From Flavobacteriales bacterium (GTDB taxonomy: Bacteria; Bacteroidota; Bacteroidia; Flavobacteriales_F; PHOS-HE28), in contig JAHBUL010000014.1 in the NCBI GenBank assembly GCA_019638085.1, positions 4,472 to 68,471 of the forward strand: DNA of 64,000 nucleotides, written 5' to 3'. The position numbers were made by a program, and so were the translations under genes. The first letter of the stretch is position 1; each line of letters begins with the position of its first letter. The notes beneath the pieces were generated by a model. That model saw only the letters and a list, made by a program, of their open reading frames with translations, did not search any database and was not told where the DNA came from. This document shows positions 37,525 through 46,615 of the stretch, piece after piece.

Positions 37525-38238
37525 ATGAAGAAGGTCTACGTTACGCTCCTCGCCCTATTGTTCGGGGCCTCACATCTTTTCGCCCAAAGCGACAACTCTG
37601 TCCGTATGGGCATCAAACTCGCCCCGAACCTGGCATGGGTGCGCTCGGATACGAAAGGCTTGGAGAGCGATGGTACGATAGTCGGCTATAGCTTCGGCCT
37701 GATGATGGAGTTCCCGTTCGGTGCGAATGGAAACTATCGTTTTGCATCGGGCCTGTTCTTGAACAACATCGGGGGCAAGTCCACCTATTCCACCGCCACC
37801 CCAGCTGATACTACCGGACTGACGGCGAACATTTTGAGGAACTCAACAGTGAATCTGCGATACATTGAAGTACCGGTCACCATGAAGATGATGACGAATG
37901 AGATAGGGTACATGCGCTATTATGGCCAGCTCGGAGTAGACCTAGGGGTGAATATTCGCGCGAAATCCGATGCGGAAACGGTGACCACCACTGGTGGGTC
38001 CGTCCGTTCAACGACCGAGGATGACATCGATGTGAAGGAATCGGTGAATGCCTTCAAGGCGGGGCTGGTGATCGGTGGCGGATTGGAGTTCAACTTCAGC
38101 GGCAGCACGTCCGCCGTGGCAGGGATCACCTACCACAGTGGCTTCACTAACCTGTTCAAGAAGGACTCCTTCAACGGAGTGGACAATGCGAAGACGTTTG
38201 CCGACTACATCGAACTGACCTTAGGCGTATTCTTCTGA
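37525..38238 (+). CDS. Small outer-membrane beta-barrel protein (porin/PorT-like OMP_b-brl family)
   Basis: Signal peptide MKKVYVTLLALLFGASHLFAQ followed by ~215 aa of alternating beta-strand pattern ending in LTLGVFF, with an aromatic final residue. Confidence 0.65.
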   Translation: MKKVYVTLLALLFGASHLFAQSDNSVRMGIKLAPNLAWVRSDTKGLESDGTIVGYSFGLMMEFPFGANGNYRFASGLFLNNIGGKSTYSTATPADTTGLTANILRNSTVNLRYIEVPVTMKMMTNEIGYMRYYGQLGVDLGVNIRAKSDAETVTTTGGSVRSTTEDDIDVKESVNAFKAGLVIGGGLEFNFSGSTSAVAGITYHSGFTNLFKKDSFNGVDNAKTFADYIELTLGVFF

Positions 38239-38255
38239 CCTACTTTGGTATTGAA

Positions 38256-38298
38256 AGCCCCGCTCCTGATCGAACAGCCGGAGCGGGGCTTTTCTTTG
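38256..38298 (+). terminator. Rho-independent terminator
   Basis: An 11-bp perfect stem, agccccgctcc...ggagcggggct, followed by TTTTCTTTG, 18 nt after the stop. Confidence 0.65.
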
Positions 38299-38336
38299 CA
38301 CCGCGCCTTGGCCCACTATGCTTCGGCGAACAAAGC

Positions 38337-39137
38337 ATGTTGAACCTCGAAGGAACCATAGCGCACATCACCAACTGGCTACGGGAGTATTGCGTGGCGA
38401 ACAGGCAGCAAGGCTTCGTCCTCGGTATCAGCGGCGGCATCGATAGCGCCATCACCAGTACACTATGCGCTCGAACGGGTTTGCCTTTACTCTGTGTGGA
38501 GATGCCGATCCACCAGCACGCCTCCCACGAGGGCAGGGCGCAGGACCACATTGCTTGGCTGCTCGAACGTCATCCCAACGTCAGGACCGAGCGCGTGCAG
38601 CTCACGCAGGTATTCGACACCCTGGTGAATGAGCTTCCGATCCAGCAGGAAACTGCTGGGCGCTCCCTCGCCCTGGCCAATACCCGCGCGCGTTTGCGGA
38701 TGACCACCTTATACTACCTCGCCGGCATTCACCGCTACCTGGTAGCCGGCACGGGCAACAAGATCGAGGACTTCGGGGTGGGCTTCTACACCAAGTATGG
38801 CGATGGCGGCGTGGACCTTTCGCCCATTGCCGATCTCACCAAGACCGAGGTCTTCGCCATAGCGCAGGAACTTGGCATCATTGAAAGCATTCTAGTTGCA
38901 AAACCCAGCGACGGCCTCTTCGCGGATGACCGCAGCGACGCGGATCAATTGGGAGCCAGCTACCCGGAACTGGAATGGGCGATGGCCTTGCGTACTTCAG
39001 GTACTTCCGTGAACGCCGATGAACTCACTGAACGCCAACGCGAGGTACTGAAGATCTACGATCGGCTGCATGCAGCGAATGCGCACAAGTGGTTGCCGAT
39101 ACCGGTGTGTATGATACCGGCGGGGTTGCGGATGTGA
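38337..39137 (+). CDS. nadE: NH3-dependent NAD+ synthetase
   Basis: PP-loop SGGIDS, a 266-aa NadE-type length, and a C-terminus typical of the family. Confidence 0.9.
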   Translation: MLNLEGTIAHITNWLREYCVANRQQGFVLGISGGIDSAITSTLCARTGLPLLCVEMPIHQHASHEGRAQDHIAWLLERHPNVRTERVQLTQVFDTLVNELPIQQETAGRSLALANTRARLRMTTLYYLAGIHRYLVAGTGNKIEDFGVGFYTKYGDGGVDLSPIADLTKTEVFAIAQELGIIESILVAKPSDGLFADDRSDADQLGASYPELEWAMALRTSGTSVNADELTERQREVLKIYDRLHAANAHKWLPIPVCMIPAGLRM

Positions 39138-39296
39138 AGTTCCGCCGGGTGATCCGGACTTCGCTGCTCTTATCGTAAAAGAGATCGGCGAGGTCTTGCT
39201 CTGGCAGTGCCATTTAAGACGTGTTCTTCACAAGGTAGTAGTCGTTCGCCTCTCTCAAGTATCCATCCGCCGACTGGAGGTCGATGGGCCTTGAGC

Positions 39297-39347
39297 TCAC
39301 ACGATCGTCCACACGTTCTACCCGCGCAGTAGCGCATCGAGGTCGCC
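39297..39347 (-). pseudogene. Degenerate 51-bp duplicate of the korB 3' end (47/51 identical to 39719-39769) carrying an in-frame stop
   Basis: Copy A reads tcacacgatcgtccacacgttctacccgcgcagtagcgcatcgaggtcgcc and copy B reads tcacgcgatcgtccacacgttctccccgcggagcagcgcatcgaggtcgcc. Copy A translates to GDLDALLRG*NVWTIV*. Confidence 0.6.
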
Positions 39348-39368
39348 ATAGAATTACTCATGGATACA

Positions 39369-39734
39369 TCAAGGCATCGGTAATCCGAGTCTCATCAACA
39401 AGATCATTCCCAAACCTGCGATCAGCAATTCGATCAAAAGCCCCGCAACGGCAAGTATCAGCAGAAGCACGTTACCCCACGCCTTAGCACGCGCATGGAC
39501 CACCCCATGGAAAGCAGTGATTCCAATCGAGAAGGTCACCACCGCTAAAACGGTCAACATGAAAAACACGGCAGGCAGTAGCCGCCAGCGCATGTTCTGG
39601 AACGGAATGGCAAATAAGCCTATGGCACTGACTATGAAGACTGATACACAGATCGCGACATTTAAAGAAAATATCAACCATAATGGCTTAGAAAAGCACC
39701 ATCGAAGGGCTCTCTTCATCACGCGATCGTCCAC
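39369..39734 (-). CDS. Hypothetical small membrane protein (4 predicted TM helices) on a lower-GC insert between the direct repeats
   Basis: A 121-aa hydrophobic ORF whose local GC is clearly lower than its surroundings. An alternative start exists at 39719. No recognisable family. Confidence 0.4.
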   Translation of the reverse strand: MDDRVMKRALRWCFSKPLWLIFSLNVAICVSVFIVSAIGLFAIPFQNMRWRLLPAVFFMLTVLAVVTFSIGITAFHGVVHARAKAWGNVLLLILAVAGLLIELLIAGLGMILLMRLGLPMP

Positions 39735-40753
39735 ACGTTCTCCCCGCGGAGCAGCGCATCGAGGTCGCCCTCACCTTTCTTCTGCTTGGCCAGCGCTACT
39801 TGGGCGTTCATCTTCGTTTCGTGCGTGTGGCGGTCGTTCACGTAGAACACGCCGAAGGGCCGGGGTAGCGCATCCTTCTCACGCGGATCATCGAAGAGGC
39901 GGACAAGAATACTGGCCTTGAAGGAGTCGCGCTCATCGTGGATCCAAAGGTCATCCGCAGCTGCTTCACCTGCTGCCAGGTCGACCACCACGGGCGTCAT
40001 ACCATCCAGCTTGATGCCTTTGGTACCGTTACCAAAGAGCAGGGGCTTGCCGTGTTCCACGAAGACGGTGTGTGCGGCTTTGCTCGCTTTCTCGGTGAAT
40101 ATCTCGAAAGCGCCGTCGTTGAAAACATTGCAGTTCTGGTAGATCTCCAGCAGGCTGGTCCCGCGATGGGCGTCGGCACGCAACAGCATCTCACGCAAGT
40201 GCTTCGGGTCACGGTCCATGCCGCGGGCTATGAAAGTGGCATCGGCGCCCTTGCACAGGGCGAGCGGATTGAACGGATGGTCCGTACTGCCCATCGGTGT
40301 GCTTTTCGAGATCGCGCCCTCCGGTGAGGTAGGCGAGTACTGGCCCTTGGTGAGGCCATAGATCTCGTTGTTGAAGAGCAACACGTTGAGGTCCACGTTG
40401 CGGCGCAACATGTGGATCAGGTGGTTGCCGCCGATGCTGAGCGAATCGCCGTCGCCGGTGATCAACCATACGCTGAGGTCGGGCTGCACGCTGCGCATGC
40501 CGCTGGCGATCGCCGGTGCGCGGCCATGGATGCTGTGCATGCCGAACGTGTCCAAGTAGTACGGGAAGCGGGACGAGCAGCCGATGCCGCTGATGAAGAC
40601 GATCTCTTCCTTCGCGCGACCGTGTACCGCAAGCACGCTCTCTACTTGTTTCAGGATGGAATAATCGCCACAGCCGGGACACCAGCGCACTTGCTGGTCG
40701 CTGCTGTAGTCGATCTTTTTCGGCGCCGGGGCCGCTGGTTGCAGAGTGCTCAT
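39719..40753 (-). CDS. korB: 2-oxoglutarate:ferredoxin oxidoreductase beta subunit (TPP-binding)
   Basis: CPGCGD Cys motif and TPP motif GDGD...N. It overlaps korA by 4 nt. Confidence 0.9.
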   Translation of the reverse strand: MSTLQPAAPAPKKIDYSSDQQVRWCPGCGDYSILKQVESVLAVHGRAKEEIVFISGIGCSSRFPYYLDTFGMHSIHGRAPAIASGMRSVQPDLSVWLITGDGDSLSIGGNHLIHMLRRNVDLNVLLFNNEIYGLTKGQYSPTSPEGAISKSTPMGSTDHPFNPLALCKGADATFIARGMDRDPKHLREMLLRADAHRGTSLLEIYQNCNVFNDGAFEIFTEKASKAAHTVFVEHGKPLLFGNGTKGIKLDGMTPVVVDLAAGEAAADDLWIHDERDSFKASILVRLFDDPREKDALPRPFGVFYVNDRHTHETKMNAQVALAKQKKGEGDLDALLRGENVWTIA

Positions 40754-42636
40754 TTCTTCAACAGGTTCAAAGCGGCCACACGGATCTCCTCGGCAGTGAA
40801 GGGCATGCCTTGCACCTTGTTCAAGCCTTGTGCATCCACGAGGTATTCAGCGCGCATCAACTGGCGCAATTGGCCACTGTTCATTTCGGGCACCAGCACT
40901 TTATCATACTTCTTCAGCAAGCCGCGCAAGCCATTATTGAACGGGAACATGTGCCGCAAGTGTACATGCGCCACGCTGTGCCCTTCCTGCTGCAACTCCA
41001 ACGCGGCAGTACGAATGGCACCGTAGGTGGATCCCCAGCCGACGATCAGCAGGTCACCTGTTCCGGGACCGCTGTCCAAGCGGATCGGGCGATAGGTATC
41101 GGCGATGCGCTGTACCTTCTCAGCGCGCAACTTCACCATCAGTTCGTGGTTCTGCGGGTCGTAGCTGATGTTGCCCGTTTTGTCTTCCTTTTCGATGCCG
41201 CCAATGCGATGTTGCAAGCCCTTCATGCCGGGCACTGCCCACGGACGCACGCCGCGTTCATCGCGGGCGTATGGCATAAAGGCCTCGGCATCCTCCGTTT
41301 CGCGTGGTTTAGCGTACGGCGGTGTGATCGGGCGTAGATCCTTTGCTTCCGGAAAGCGCCATGGCTCCGCACCGTTGGCGATGTATCCATCGCTGAGCAG
41401 GATCACCGGCGTCATGTGTTCCACGGCCAGCTTCACGGCTTCGTACACCATCTCGAAGCAATCGGTGGGGCTGCTCGCAGCGATCACGGGTATCGGAGCC
41501 TCACCGTTGCGGCCGAAGATCGCTTGCCAGAGATCGGCCTGTTCCGTTTTAGTAGGCAGCCCGGTGCTGGGGCCACCACGCTGTACGTTCACCACCACCA
41601 GCGGGATCTCCAGCATGAACGCCAGTCCGAGCGCTTCGCCTTTCAATGCGATACCGGGTCCGCTGCTGGCCGTAGCGCCAAGCGCACCACCATAGCTGGC
41701 ACCGATGGCCGAGCAGATGGCAGCGATCTCGTCCTCAGCTTGGAAGGTCTTCACGCCGAAATGCTTGTTACGGGATAGCTCATGCAGAATATCGCTCGCC
41801 GGTGTGATGGGGTAGCTACCGTAGAACAGCTCCAGCCCGGCTTTCTGAGCTGCAGCGATGAGACCGATGGCGATCCCTTGGTTGCCGGTGATGTTGCGGT
41901 AATTACCCTTGGGCATCGGTGCGGGCTTCACCTCGTACCGGGTGGTGAACGTCTCGCTGGTGTCCCCGTAGTTATAGCCCGCCTGCAGCACTTTCAGGTT
42001 CGCTTCCAACAGCTCCGGCTTGTTCTTGAACTTCGCTTCCAGGAATTTCTTCGTGCGTTCCAACGATCGGCTGTACATCCAGTTGATGAAACCGAGCACG
42101 AACATGTTCTTGCTGCGGTCCTTCTCCTTCATGCCGAGGGAAGTGCCTTCCAGTGCGAGCCGCGTCAGCTTGGTGATGTCCACCGTGTGCAGGACGTAGT
42201 TGTCCAGCGAGCCATCCGTCAACGGGTTCTCCTCATCGGGATAGCCTGCGAGCCGCAGGTTCTTCGGATCGAAACCGTCACTGTTGGCAATGATGGTGCC
42301 GCCATGCTTGAGCTTTGCGAGGTTGGATCTCAGGGCAGCCGAGTTCATCACCACCAGCACGTCACAGACATCACCGGGGGTGAAAACGTCCACGCTGCCG
42401 AAGTGCAATTGGTAGCCGCTTACGCCAGCAAGTGTTCCCTGCGGTGCGCGGATCTCCGCCGGGTAGTTCGGAAAAGTGCTCACATCGTTGCCGAAGAGTG
42501 CGTTGGTGTCGGTGAATTGGGTTCCAGTGAGCTGAATGCCGTCACCGCTGTCCCCGGCGAAGAGGATCACCACTTTCTCGCGGGCCTCAATGACCTTCGG
42601 ACGGGGTGTAGGTATCGTGTCCATAATTGGGTGCAA
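40750..42636 (-). CDS. korA: 2-oxoglutarate:ferredoxin oxidoreductase alpha subunit
   Basis: A 628-aa protein with a KorA/PorA-type fused gamma-alpha architecture (GDSGDGIQ...; ...AICSAIGASYGGALGATASSGPG). Confidence 0.9.
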   Translation of the reverse strand: MHPIMDTIPTPRPKVIEAREKVVILFAGDSGDGIQLTGTQFTDTNALFGNDVSTFPNYPAEIRAPQGTLAGVSGYQLHFGSVDVFTPGDVCDVLVVMNSAALRSNLAKLKHGGTIIANSDGFDPKNLRLAGYPDEENPLTDGSLDNYVLHTVDITKLTRLALEGTSLGMKEKDRSKNMFVLGFINWMYSRSLERTKKFLEAKFKNKPELLEANLKVLQAGYNYGDTSETFTTRYEVKPAPMPKGNYRNITGNQGIAIGLIAAAQKAGLELFYGSYPITPASDILHELSRNKHFGVKTFQAEDEIAAICSAIGASYGGALGATASSGPGIALKGEALGLAFMLEIPLVVVNVQRGGPSTGLPTKTEQADLWQAIFGRNGEAPIPVIAASSPTDCFEMVYEAVKLAVEHMTPVILLSDGYIANGAEPWRFPEAKDLRPITPPYAKPRETEDAEAFMPYARDERGVRPWAVPGMKGLQHRIGGIEKEDKTGNISYDPQNHELMVKLRAEKVQRIADTYRPIRLDSGPGTGDLLIVGWGSTYGAIRTAALELQQEGHSVAHVHLRHMFPFNNGLRGLLKKYDKVLVPEMNSGQLRQLMRAEYLVDAQGLNKVQGMPFTAEEIRVAALNLLKK

Positions 42637-42812
42637 AGGTACGGGGCCCTTGTCGCGCTCTCCTGATGTGGATCAGTTCGGCCGTGGGCGTGCATCTCCC
42701 ATTGCCATGGTACGGCGCTGTTCGGTGCTTCCGGGTACTGCCAGCAGCTGCGACCCTCCCGGCCCTTACGCAGCCGCCGCCTTACTTTGTCCGCTCGCTT
42801 TCTCTCAAGGAC

Positions 42813-43631
42813 ATGAACAAGAACAACACCTCTCTTCCGGCCTTAGGCCTCGTGCTTTTGTTGGCATTGGGTTGTAACCCCACCTCCCGCACGGTAGTAG
42901 CTCCGGTCGCTGCGGATGCGCCGGCACGCTTGGCGCAGCAGAATGTGGACGCCGTGATCTACCAGCACTACTCCGCCGAAGTACACCGGCTTTTCGAGCA
43001 GGGTTATGAGTTGGCCAAGATCCGCTTGGATGCCAATCTGGAACGGCCGCACACTTTGCCCCCTGCGGTGATCGTGGATATCGATGAAACAGTGCTGGAC
43101 AACAGCCCCTATCAAGTGACCAACGCTGCCATGGGTCGCACCTATTCCCCAGCTACTTGGAAGGCCTGGACCGCGAAGGGCAGTGCGAAGGCCCTGCCTG
43201 GTGCATTGGAATTCCTGAACTATGCTACTACCAAGGGCTGCGCGGTCTTCTACATTTCCAATCGTGAAATTGATGAGACGGATGCCACCATGCGCAACTT
43301 GATCCAGGAGGGCTTCCCCATGGTGGACAGTGCCCACGTGCTCCTCATGCACGGCACCAGCGATAAAACGATACGTCGGGCCGAGGTGGCCAAGAACCAC
43401 TACATCGCGCTGCTGGCAGGCGATCAGCTCACCGATTTCGACGAGAGCTTCAAAAACCGATCGGTCGGGGACGGCAAGCCAAACGTGGATGCGCTGCGCG
43501 ACACACTGGAGCGGTACTTCATCATGCTACCGAACCCCATGTACGGTGTTTGGCTGGATGCCGTGAGCGGACGTCCACTGGAAGGGAAGCCCGGCAACAA
43601 GGAGACCCTGTTGAAGAAGAACGCCTACTGA
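42813..43631 (+). CDS. Class C acid phosphatase / 5'-nucleotidase, lipoprotein e(P4) family (HAD superfamily)
   Basis: Lipobox LLLALGC and the DDDD-family motif VVDIDETVLDNSPY...YISNR...GD. Start is at the ATG at 42813. Confidence 0.8.
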   Translation: MNKNNTSLPALGLVLLLALGCNPTSRTVVAPVAADAPARLAQQNVDAVIYQHYSAEVHRLFEQGYELAKIRLDANLERPHTLPPAVIVDIDETVLDNSPYQVTNAAMGRTYSPATWKAWTAKGSAKALPGALEFLNYATTKGCAVFYISNREIDETDATMRNLIQEGFPMVDSAHVLLMHGTSDKTIRRAEVAKNHYIALLAGDQLTDFDESFKNRSVGDGKPNVDALRDTLERYFIMLPNPMYGVWLDAVSGRPLEGKPGNKETLLKKNAY

Positions 43632-44083
43632 TGCGCGCCGTGATACAGCGGGTCTCAGAGGCCGCCGTGCATATCGCCGGGAACGAGACCGCACGGATCG
43701 GAAAAGGTTACTTGGTATTGCTCGGCATCGAGGTGGGTGACACCCCCGAAGAACTCGAATGGACCTGCGGAAAAGTAGCGCGCATGCGGCTCTTCCCGGA
43801 TGATGAAGGAGTGATGAACCTCGACATCAATGAGGCGAAGGGCGAAGTACTCCTAGTGAGCCAGTTCACCCTGCAGGCCAGTACCCGAAAAGGCAACCGA
43901 CCGAGCTATATCCGTGCGGCCCGCCCCGAAGAGGCCACACCGCTCTACCTCCGGGCGAAACAATTGTTCAGCATGCTGGTGTACGGGCGCGTAAAGACCG
44001 GTGAGTTCGGATCGGACATGCAGGTATCGCTTGTGAACGATGGCCCGGTGACCATTGTAATTGATAGCCGTTTGAAGGAATGA
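43631..44083 (+). CDS. dtd: D-aminoacyl-tRNA deacylase
   Basis: MRAVIQRVSEA...SQFTL...NGPVT. The TGATG overlap with the upstream gene indicates translational coupling. Confidence 0.9.
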   Translation: MRAVIQRVSEAAVHIAGNETARIGKGYLVLLGIEVGDTPEELEWTCGKVARMRLFPDDEGVMNLDINEAKGEVLLVSQFTLQASTRKGNRPSYIRAARPEEATPLYLRAKQLFSMLVYGRVKTGEFGSDMQVSLVNDGPVTIVIDSRLKE

Positions 44084-44436
44084 ACGACACGCAACGACCA
44101 ACCGACCAAGGCGAGATCTCTGTTTTGCAACGCGAAGTGGATCAATGGATAACCCGTGTGGGCGTACGCTACTTCAACGAGCTGACCAACATGGCCATCC
44201 TGAGCGAGGAGGTGGGCGAGGTGGCCCGCATCATGGCGCGCCGATATGGCGAGCAAAGCGAGAAGGAAAGTGATAAAGAAAAAGACCTCGGCGAGGAACT
44301 GGCGGACGTGATGTTCGTGGTGTTATGCTTGGCCAACCAGACGGGCACGCACCTGCAGGGCGCTTGGCGAAAGAAGATGACGGACCGCACAGAGCGGGAT
44401 GCGGAGCGCCACAAGGAGAACCCGAAGTTGAAGTAG
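44080..44436 (+). CDS. MazG-like nucleotide pyrophosphohydrolase (single-domain)
   Basis: A 118-aa protein with the EEVGE...E..D MazG signature (EEVGEVARIMARRYGE; EELADVMFVVLCLAN). Confidence 0.7.
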   Translation: MNDTQRPTDQGEISVLQREVDQWITRVGVRYFNELTNMAILSEEVGEVARIMARRYGEQSEKESDKEKDLGEELADVMFVVLCLANQTGTHLQGAWRKKMTDRTERDAERHKENPKLK

Positions 44437-44441
44437 CTCCT

Positions 44442-45707
44442 TCAGATCACTTTCAAAACGTGCACAAGAGCGCTTTCAGCAGCGCCCGTACGCTCCTGCA
44501 CATACCGTGATGCCGCTTCCGAGGCACTGTGCAAAAGGCTTGGATCCGCGATCCAGCGGTGGAGTGCGGCTTTCAATTCCTCCGCCGTTTTCACCTCCAC
44601 CCCCGCCCCCACGTCGATCAAAGCCTGCGCCTCCGGAAATTTATCATGATCCGGTCCGAAGATCACCGGCACACCCCAGGCTGCGGCTTCCAACAAGCTG
44701 TGGATGCCATCGGTGAAGCCGCCGCCCACGTATGCGATGTTGCCATATCGGTAGAGCCTTGCCAGTAGGCCCATGCGATCCACCAGAAGGGTGCCTTGTT
44801 GCTCCTTTCCCAGCGTGGCTGCCACGTTTCCCTCAGGACTCTGCTCGATCTCTGCCCAACGTGCCAAAGGCTTCGGAAACAGTCGTTCTGAATGCATCAG
44901 TTGCTCCTCGTGTAGTTCGTGCGGTACAACGATGCACTTCGGGGCTGAGGTCCCCATACTGTTCAAGGCGGAGGCCAGCAGCTTTTCATCGGTTGGCCAT
45001 GTGCTTCCGCAGACCAGCACAGGGCCATTGCCCGCGAATGCTTTTGCCAAAGGCAGTTCCTCCCCTTGCGCAACGATCTCAGCGACACGATCGAATCGGG
45101 TATCGCCGCCGACCGAAACATGATCCAGATCGAGGCCGAGGAGCAGGTTCCGTGAATCCTCGTTCTGCGTGAAAATGTGCGAAAAGAAGGAGAGCATCAT
45201 CCGCCATGCCCCCCCATACCAATGGAAGAAGGGCTGGTCCTTGCGGAAGAGGGCCGACACCAAGAACGTGGGAACACCACTGCCTTGGAGCGCCTTTAGG
45301 TGATGGAACCAGAACTCGTACTTCACGAAGATCGCGACCTTTGGAGCAAGTAAACGTTGCAACCGTTCCGCGTTGCGCGCAGTGTCCGGTGGCAGGTATT
45401 CCACCACGGTGGCCAATGGGTGATCCTTCCGCGCCTCATGGCCGCTAGGGCTGAAAAAGGTGAGCAGAACAGGAAGTTCCGGACGTTCCCTTTTGATCGC
45501 TTCCAGCACTGGCCTGCCTTGCTCGAACTCACCCACACTGGCGCAATGCATCCACAGGCAGCCCTGCAGCTTCGGAGCAGCCTGTTCCAATCGCTCCCAA
45601 AGGCCCTCGCGCCCTTTCACCCAGGCCGCAGCTTTCGGTTTCCAGAGGGCGGCAAAACGGACCGCCGTGTGGTACGCCCCGGTGCCCAGGTCGTAGAGGA
45701 ACGGCAT
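44442..45707 (-). CDS. waaA: 3-deoxy-D-manno-octulosonic acid (Kdo) transferase
   Basis: Alignable to E. coli KdtA (HCASVGE..; E.W P; GGS..E.GGHN.LE.AA.G.PV). Start is at ATG 45707 (MPFLYDLG) with a TGATG overlap with the upstream gene. Confidence 0.85.
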   Translation of the reverse strand: MPFLYDLGTGAYHTAVRFAALWKPKAAAWVKGREGLWERLEQAAPKLQGCLWMHCASVGEFEQGRPVLEAIKRERPELPVLLTFFSPSGHEARKDHPLATVVEYLPPDTARNAERLQRLLAPKVAIFVKYEFWFHHLKALQGSGVPTFLVSALFRKDQPFFHWYGGAWRMMLSFFSHIFTQNEDSRNLLLGLDLDHVSVGGDTRFDRVAEIVAQGEELPLAKAFAGNGPVLVCGSTWPTDEKLLASALNSMGTSAPKCIVVPHELHEEQLMHSERLFPKPLARWAEIEQSPEGNVAATLGKEQQGTLLVDRMGLLARLYRYGNIAYVGGGFTDGIHSLLEAAAWGVPVIFGPDHDKFPEAQALIDVGAGVEVKTAEELKAALHRWIADPSLLHSASEAASRYVQERTGAAESALVHVLKVI

Positions 45708-46465
45708 CAGCGATAGTACTGTCGGTCGTCGCGGGCCTTGTAGATCGGCAGCGTCCAACCGAACCGCAGCCCATTCAGCCCGTCGTAGTGTGTATCGGTA
45801 TCTGCCTTGCCTGTATCGAAATTATAAGGCCGCAAAGACTCTGTGAACCCGATGTTCACTTCAAAACCCACCATGAAATTGATGAACCGGTTATTGCTGA
45901 GATGTTGGTATCCGGCAAAGAACATCGCCATCGGGCCTGCTGCCAAGCGATCATATCCTTTCAGATATTCATCTTCCAATGCTGGCACAAAATCATTCTG
46001 GCTCTGGATCAGCAGCTTGTGCCGCATATAACCCCCACCCAGTTTCAGCAGGATCCCGCTGTTGGGATTGGGGCCTGCAACAGGGATCACCTTGCCGGCG
46101 AATGCCACCACTGTATAGCCTCGTTCGAACAACAAGATCTTCGCGGGATCACCATCCTGGTTCACGATCACACCATTGGAAGTGGTCATCGCCCGCAAGA
46201 TGCTCCGGTCGTTCACCTTGTTCCCGAACATGAATGAGCCTTCCAGCCCCACGGAGTAGTTGCTCTTGAACTTCACCGAGACACTCAACCCCAAGTTATT
46301 GTTCGCCCCGAAGCGTTCACCGAGATCCCCATTTGGAAGCTGATAGGCATAGCTAAGCGTGATGGGCACGATCCGGATGGATGTATCCTGAATGCCGCCT
46401 TGGGCGAAGGAACCCGCTGACATGAGCACGGCCAGGACCGGAAAGAAGAATCGACATCTGTTCAT
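45707..46465 (-). CDS. Hypothetical signal-peptide protein, probably outer-membrane or periplasmic
   Basis: Signal peptide MNRCRFFFPVLAVLMSAGSFAQ with the ATG at 46465. No recognisable family. Confidence 0.5.
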   Translation of the reverse strand: MNRCRFFFPVLAVLMSAGSFAQGGIQDTSIRIVPITLSYAYQLPNGDLGERFGANNNLGLSVSVKFKSNYSVGLEGSFMFGNKVNDRSILRAMTTSNGVIVNQDGDPAKILLFERGYTVVAFAGKVIPVAGPNPNSGILLKLGGGYMRHKLLIQSQNDFVPALEDEYLKGYDRLAAGPMAMFFAGYQHLSNNRFINFMVGFEVNIGFTESLRPYNFDTGKADTDTHYDGLNGLRFGWTLPIYKARDDRQYYR

Positions 46466-46615
46466 CGGAGGCGAAGGTAGCGGCGCTCTAGTTGAGGCGG
46501 AATATAGCATGGAGAAAGGGAGCACATAGCGGCATGGGTACCGTACAAGGTGCATATTACCTTCGCGCCTTCCTTGCCGGAAACCCGGCTACCTCAGTAC
46601 AACATTAAACGTTCC

